Assembly (NCBI GenBank): GCA_963665095.1
Contig: OY762069.1
Span: forward strand, 2,432,001-2,496,000
Direction of reading: 5' to 3'
DNA: 64,000 nt
Origin: an uncultured Desulfobacter sp.
Lineage (GTDB): Bacteria; Desulfobacterota; Desulfobacteria; Desulfobacterales; Desulfobacteraceae
Part shown: one piece after another, positions 58,700 to 64,000 of the stretch
Layout of the letters: every line of letters begins with the position of its first letter
How positions within the stretch are numbered: position 1 is the first letter of the stretch
Program-made: the position numbers and the translations under genes
The notes under the pieces: generated by a model
What the model was told of the DNA's origin: nothing
Databases searched by the model: none
Seen by the model: the letters and a program-made list of their open reading frames with translations, nothing else

Positions 58700-59728
58700 T
58701 TACCTGATTTCCCTTTTACCGTCTGTATATTGAGAAAACCGGCCCTGCTGGGAACCATGTACCGGATCCGGCCGGGACCAGGGCCATCCGCCAAACTGTG
58801 TTTTCTGGTAATCATCATAGGCCTGTCTGATCTCTTCCTGGGTGTTCATGACAAAAGGTCCGTGCCGGGCCACGGGTTCGTTGATTGGTTTCCCCTGCAG
58901 CAAGAGCAGGCCGGCCTCGTGATTGCCGTTTTTCAGGGGTACCGGATGACCGGAAGCCAGATCCGCCGAATGGTAATTATTGATCATTGTTCCGGCAGCC
59001 TGGATCGTATCTCCGTTATAGAAATAGAGGGTCCGGTTGATACCCGGCGACGCTGCAGGAAGTGTCCATTGGGCATTTGCCCCCATTTTTATCAACCAGA
59101 TAGCCACCTCATTGGCCGGATCATTGGCCCAGGAGTCAGGAGCAGGCCCCGGGGGAACGGTATCCTGGATCGCCCCGGCAATCACCCTTATATCAATGGG
59201 TCTGCCCTGGGCGTCCTTTTCGTGGCGGGTGGGGATCTGTTCGGCCCACAGCATGGCGTAATGGGGGCATGCAAATTTTTTCCTTCGCGGCAGGTTCAGC
59301 CAGATCTGGAACAGCTCAAGGGGGTTGGATTTATCCTGATGAAGCAAAGGAAACATTTCAGCATGCTGGATGCCGGCTCCGGCCGTCATCCACTGCACAT
59401 CGCCGTTGCCGTAACGACCGGCAGCTCCCAGGGAGTCGGAATGGTCCACAAACCCGTTTAAAACAATGGTAATGGTTTCAAAACCTCTATGGGGATGGAC
59501 GGGAAAGCCCGGAACCCTTTGTCCATGGTACATCCGCCACCCATCCTTTACAGTAAAATCCTGGCCGATATCCCTGCCCGCCAAAGAGGCGTCAGGCCCC
59601 AACTGTTCGTTTCCTGTCGGGTAATTGTCCTTGTGATGGACACAAAAAAGAAACGGATTGACCGTTGGCCAATTAAACCCCAAGGGTTCAATGTTTGAAA
59701 CGATATTTAAAGCAGCTCTTTCAGACAT
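58700..59728 (-). CDS. Pirin family protein
   Basis: HPHRGFETIT, DVQWMTAGAGIQHAE, FQIWLNLP, GPFVMNT. Confidence 0.93.
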   Translation of the reverse strand: MSERAALNIVSNIEPLGFNWPTVNPFLFCVHHKDNYPTGNEQLGPDASLAGRDIGQDFTVKDGWRMYHGQRVPGFPVHPHRGFETITIVLNGFVDHSDSLGAAGRYGNGDVQWMTAGAGIQHAEMFPLLHQDKSNPLELFQIWLNLPRRKKFACPHYAMLWAEQIPTRHEKDAQGRPIDIRVIAGAIQDTVPPGPAPDSWANDPANEVAIWLIKMGANAQWTLPAASPGINRTLYFYNGDTIQAAGTMINNYHSADLASGHPVPLKNGNHEAGLLLLQGKPINEPVARHGPFVMNTQEEIRQAYDDYQKTQFGGWPWSRPDPVHGSQQGRFSQYTDGKREIR

Positions 59729-60214
59729 TTTTCTCCTCTTTGTTTTTCTTACTTCCAGTTCCATTCGGGCCAGGGCTGCCTGTTTTCCAGATTATAATGG
59801 CTTTGCTCAGCGGTTCCCTTCACTGGAACAATTATATTTCGCCCTGCGGGCTAATTACCGAATCCAACAGCTTTGATTTATAACTTAATAATCTTTTTCC
59901 ATAACGCAACGGGCATGCCCCGGGATAAACAGCCACAGGTTGCTTGGCTTGTTTTGCCCTGGCGTTCTTAGAATAGATCATTCGCTAAAAAATTTCACAG
60001 GTCACCAGGTTTGTTTTAGGTTTCCTTGAAAACGATGATCACCGGCATTGAAAAGTAACGTCCGTATAACAGGACCTTAAATTTAATAACTTACTATTTT
60101 ACTAAATAAAAAGTAATTTTGTTCCCTATATATTTGACAAAAACTAATTTTCTGTCTTAATAAGCATATATTATGCAACATGGATCTAAGTGGATCAAAG
60201 TGCTCTGAGCGTTC

Positions 60215-61348
60215 ATGATGTTTGAAAAAAAATTTGAATCTAAGGACAAAACTATGGTGACAGAACAAAAAAATATACACCAGGCAAATGTCTGTGCATC
60301 AATTATCGATACCGGACTTTGTACTGGTTGCGGCGGATGCGTGGGGTTTTGCCCCTACCTGCGAAGCCATAGGGGCGCAACGGTGGCGCTGTTCGAGTGC
60401 GACCGCCAGGATGGGAGATGCCGACGCTATTGCCCACGTATGGAAACCGATTGGGACGCGGTTCGCCAAAATTTTTTCGACGCAGCCGAACTCACCCCGG
60501 AAATTGGGGCATTCAAGGGACTTTACCTGACCCGGTCCACAGACCCCGATATTCGTTCAAGAAGCCAGCACGGCGGCACCGTAAGCACTCTGGTTTGTTT
60601 AGCCCTGGAACAGGGTCTGATAGACGGCTGCGTGGTGGCCAAAGAGGAAATGCCCATGCTGCCCCAAAGCATAACAGCCCTCAATCGCAACGAGGTGCTC
60701 GCGGCAGCCGGCAGCAAATTCGGAAACGCGCCGTCGGTGGCTGAATTCAACCGTGTATCTGCAAAAGGCGCAGGACCGCTTGGGGTTGTGGCAACCCCCT
60801 GTCAAGCCCGGGCACTGGCCAAGATGCGGACCAACCCGGCCGAAGGGGACGCCTCCCGGATGGACCGGCTCAAGCTGGTGATCGGCCTGTTTTGCGGCTG
60901 GACCCTGGATTGGCGGCAGCTCAGACAGATGGTACTTGATGCAACCAATGGCAAAAAAATCCTTGGCATGGACATTCCCCCCTCCAGTCACGCCTGTATG
61001 CAGGTGGAAACCAGTGACGGCACAATCGAAATCCCCATTGCCCGGGTCAACGACTGTGTCCGTGAATGTTGCGACTACTGTACAGACATGACAGCCGAGT
61101 TCGCCGATATTTCAGTGGGATCTGCCAGAAGCCCCGAGGGCTGGGATGTGGATCGGCACTGGAACCAGGTGATCGTTAGAAGCCGGGCGGGCGAGGCACT
61201 AATATCTCTGGCCAGGGAAAAGGGTGTTCTGGAATTCAAGCCGGTTCCCCAGGGAAACCTGGATAAGCTTAAAAGTGCAGCCGCGGGTAAAAGGAAACGG
61301 GGGGAGTCGAACCTGAAGAATATGGAGGTGCGGGAATGTCGATCATAA
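60215..61348 (+). CDS. FrhB/FdhB-family (F420 hydrogenase beta-like) Fe-S flavoprotein
   Basis: CTGCGGCVGFCP, QHGGTVS, ATPCQ, IGLFC, CCDYCTD..AEFADISVG; start may be 60254. Confidence 0.87.
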   Translation: MMFEKKFESKDKTMVTEQKNIHQANVCASIIDTGLCTGCGGCVGFCPYLRSHRGATVALFECDRQDGRCRRYCPRMETDWDAVRQNFFDAAELTPEIGAFKGLYLTRSTDPDIRSRSQHGGTVSTLVCLALEQGLIDGCVVAKEEMPMLPQSITALNRNEVLAAAGSKFGNAPSVAEFNRVSAKGAGPLGVVATPCQARALAKMRTNPAEGDASRMDRLKLVIGLFCGWTLDWRQLRQMVLDATNGKKILGMDIPPSSHACMQVETSDGTIEIPIARVNDCVRECCDYCTDMTAEFADISVGSARSPEGWDVDRHWNQVIVRSRAGEALISLAREKGVLEFKPVPQGNLDKLKSAAAGKRKRGESNLKNMEVRECRS

Positions 61349-63288
61349 CGAGCAGTAAAAATAAAGGCGAACGCCTTTTAATGATGGGCAACGAAGCCAT
61401 TGCCCGGGGCGCGCTGGAGGCCGGTGTCAACGTGGTGGCCGCATATCCCGGTACCCCCTCATCGGAAATTCCCAAAGCTCTCGGGGATGTGGCCGACGAG
61501 ATGGGGCTTTATGTGGAGTGGTCCACCAACGAAAAAGTATCCCTGGAAGTGGCTGCGGCGGCGTCGTATTCCGGCCTGCGTGCCCTTTGTGCAATGAAGC
61601 AGGTGGGGGTGAACGTGGCCTCGGATTTTCTGCTTCACCTGGCGGAATACGGATCCCGGGGAGGGCTGGTGCTGGTGACCTGCGAGGACCCCGGCTCCCT
61701 GTCCAGCACCAACGAAGGAGATTCCCGTCCCTACAGTAAAATGATGGAATTCCCCCTGATCGAACCCGGGGATTTCCAGGAAGCCAAGGAGATGACCCGC
61801 TGGGCCTTTGAGCTTTCCGAAACCATCAACAATGTGGTGATGTTGCGCAGCGTGACGCGGATGTCCCACGCGTCGGGCAATGTGGTCGTGGGCGACCTGC
61901 CAGAAACCCGTGTGAAGGCCGAATTCCTGTGCAACGGCGGTTTTTTCGACCAGATGACCGGTCCGGTGATGACCCTGCCCGGCACGGCCCCTGTTCAGCG
62001 TCTTCGTCAGCTGGAAGGGTTGGAAAAGGCCATCGCGTGTTTCGAAAAGAGCCCCTTTAACACCTACTCAGGGCCAAAAGAGCCGGAACTGCTCATTATC
62101 ACCAGTTCTGCAGCAACCCTTTACTGCCGGGAAGCCATCGACAGCTTAGGTATCCAGGAGCGGGTGGGATTATTAAAGCTGGGCACCACCTGGCCCTTGC
62201 CGCCGCGTCTTTTGGAAAAACATCTGACGTGTGCCCACCGCGTGCTGATCGTCGAGGAGGGCACGCCTTTCATGGAAGACAACATCAAGGCCCTGTTTGC
62301 CCAGCGGGCCGAGGCCATCGGACCAACCCGCTTTCACGGCCGGGCGGATAAGAGCATTCCCCTGGTGGATGAACTGAACCCGGACCGTGTCATGGCGGCT
62401 CTGGTGAAAATTCTTGGCCTGCCGTATCAAGATGCCAATGCTGATTACAGAGAAAGCATCACCAAAGAGCTGGACAGCGGCATCCCGAGTCGCCCCATGG
62501 CCTTTTGCCCGGGCTGTCCCCACCGCGCCTCCTTCTGGCTCCTCCATGAAGCCATCCAGCTTGATAACCGCAGGGGATTCATCGCCGGCGACATCGGCTG
62601 TTATGTCATGGCTGTGTCGGACTGCGGGTTTAAGGCCGTGAAAACGTGTGCCGCCATGGGCTCGGGCATCGGTATGGCCTCCGGCTTCGGCCAGCTGAAG
62701 CGCTTTGGCATGGACCAGCCTGTCATGGCGGTTTGCGGGGATTCCACCTTTTTTCATACCGCCATGCCGGGTCTGGTGAACGCGATTCATAACCAGGCGG
62801 ACGTGGTTATGGTGATCCTGGATAATTCGGGAACGGCCATGACCGGTTTTCAACCCCATCCCGGTATTCCCATTGGCGCTAACGGAAAACCCCTGCCGGC
62901 CCTGGACATTCCCGATATTTGCAGGGCCATGGGCGTGCGCGTGGAAATTGCCGATCCTTTCAAGTTTGACCAGACCCGTCAGGCCATCGCGGATTTGATG
63001 GATGATGCCGGCGGCGTCCGGGTGCTGATACTGAGGCAGGCCTGTGCGCTCAGCCCCACCCGCAAGGGCAAAAAGGCGTGGAAGGTGACCGTGGATACGG
63101 ACAAATGCATGGCCGAATCCTGTGGTTGTAACCGGCTCTGCACACGAATTTTTAAATGCCCCGGCCTGACCTGGGATCCTGCGGCAAAACAAACACGAAT
63201 TGATGAATTCGTCTGTGTCGGTTGCGGTGTTTGCGCTCAGGTGTGCCCGCACAACGCAATCACGATAGAAAAGGTGGAAAGATCATGA
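61336..63288 (+). CDS. iorA: Indolepyruvate/aryl-pyruvate ferredoxin oxidoreductase alpha subunit
   Basis: GNEAIARG, YPGTPSSEI, FCPGCPHR, GDIGCY, GDSTFFH, C-terminal ferredoxin motif. Confidence 0.93.
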   Translation: MSIITSSKNKGERLLMMGNEAIARGALEAGVNVVAAYPGTPSSEIPKALGDVADEMGLYVEWSTNEKVSLEVAAAASYSGLRALCAMKQVGVNVASDFLLHLAEYGSRGGLVLVTCEDPGSLSSTNEGDSRPYSKMMEFPLIEPGDFQEAKEMTRWAFELSETINNVVMLRSVTRMSHASGNVVVGDLPETRVKAEFLCNGGFFDQMTGPVMTLPGTAPVQRLRQLEGLEKAIACFEKSPFNTYSGPKEPELLIITSSAATLYCREAIDSLGIQERVGLLKLGTTWPLPPRLLEKHLTCAHRVLIVEEGTPFMEDNIKALFAQRAEAIGPTRFHGRADKSIPLVDELNPDRVMAALVKILGLPYQDANADYRESITKELDSGIPSRPMAFCPGCPHRASFWLLHEAIQLDNRRGFIAGDIGCYVMAVSDCGFKAVKTCAAMGSGIGMASGFGQLKRFGMDQPVMAVCGDSTFFHTAMPGLVNAIHNQADVVMVILDNSGTAMTGFQPHPGIPIGANGKPLPALDIPDICRAMGVRVEIADPFKFDQTRQAIADLMDDAGGVRVLILRQACALSPTRKGKKAWKVTVDTDKCMAESCGCNRLCTRIFKCPGLTWDPAAKQTRIDEFVCVGCGVCAQVCPHNAITIEKVERS

Positions 63289-63905
63289 ACAAAATAACAT
63301 TGAAACATGACCCCTACAATCTGATTATCACCGGTGTCGGCGGCCAGGGAAATGTTCTGGCCAGCCGGATGGTTGGAGATATGCTTTCCCGCCAGGGGTT
63401 CGACATCACAATCGGTGAAACCTTTGGTGCCTCCCAGCGCGGCGGGTCGGTGATGAGCCATCTGCGTATATCCGGTAAGGGAAGCCTGTCTCCCCAGATC
63501 CCCATGGGCCGGGCACATATGGTGGTATCCCTTGAACCTGTGGAGGCCCTGCGGGTGATAAAGGACTATGGCAATCCGGAAGTTAAAGTGATCACCAACA
63601 TGCGGCCGGTGCGCGCCATGGGCGTCATCAGCGGTGAAGAAGAGTACCCGTCACCGGAAGCCATCATGGCATGGATCAATAAATATTCAGCCGCAGCCTG
63701 GTTTCTCGATACCACTGAAACAGCGACCCGGCTGGGCAATCCCATTTTCGGCAACGTTATGCTGGTCGGCGCCCTGGCCGGAACCGGCGAACTGAACCTG
63801 GATCGCGAGACCTTCGAGGCAGTGGTAAAAAGCAGGATGCCCGCATCTAAGGTACAGGTGAACCTGGAAGCCTTTGATGCAGGCAAAGAGCTGATAAAAG
63901 CATAA
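63285..63905 (+). CDS. iorB: Indolepyruvate ferredoxin oxidoreductase beta subunit
   Basis: GVGGQGNVL, GASQRGGSVMSHLRI; ATGA overlap with iorA. Confidence 0.92.
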   Translation: MNKITLKHDPYNLIITGVGGQGNVLASRMVGDMLSRQGFDITIGETFGASQRGGSVMSHLRISGKGSLSPQIPMGRAHMVVSLEPVEALRVIKDYGNPEVKVITNMRPVRAMGVISGEEEYPSPEAIMAWINKYSAAAWFLDTTETATRLGNPIFGNVMLVGALAGTGELNLDRETFEAVVKSRMPASKVQVNLEAFDAGKELIKA

Positions 63906-64000
63906 ACAACCGTACGGGCTGATCCTCCCAGGCTCAACCCGCAACGAAAGTTACTGATAAAAATGAGGCGCATGAAATAATACTGTCATGCGCCTCGTTT

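Noticed and set aside
1..64000. CRISPR array / cas genes
   Set aside because: No regularly spaced 25-40 bp repeats with unique spacers and no cas-like ORFs seen.

Overview
Bacterial chromosomal window, most consistent with a sulfate-reducing Desulfobacterota (inferred from gene content: Mop-type aldehyde oxidoreductase, IOR, PEP-CTERM proteins). Left, GC-richer part (1-29.7 kb): ABC transporter end, decayed vapC and PEP-CTERM fragments, an AraC/methyltransferase/FptX-like MFS/TonB-receptor uptake cassette, a carboxyltransferase/acyl-CoA ligase/biotin-carrier operon, a yedE/TusA-like/DUF3343 Se/S-handling operon, an MCP, and the mop aldehyde oxidoreductase with its DVU_1553-1558-type accessory cluster. 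tRNA-Leu(CAA) at 29708-29794 is followed by an AT-richer accessory island (~29.9-58.7 kb). The island holds a four-ORF Mu/IS481-like transposon, a terminase-small-subunit remnant, a PEP-CTERM gene and a complete type III BREX locus (HTH, brxF, brxC/pglY, pglXI, brxHII, pglZ, brxA). Three translationally coupled two-gene cassettes are nested in the BREX operon: Schlafen(AlbA_2)-HATPase + ParA-like ATPase, a large N6-adenine MTase + stand-alone PD-(D/E)xK nuclease, and a PARIS-like ABC ATPase + TOPRIM. The first cassette is bracketed by a 27-bp direct repeat that duplicates the brxC 3' end and one arm of a 28-bp-arm palindrome. The window ends with a rhuM/Fic pseudogene, pirin, a FrhB-like gene and iorAB. 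All assignments come from motif and family recognition by eye; no database searches were run.
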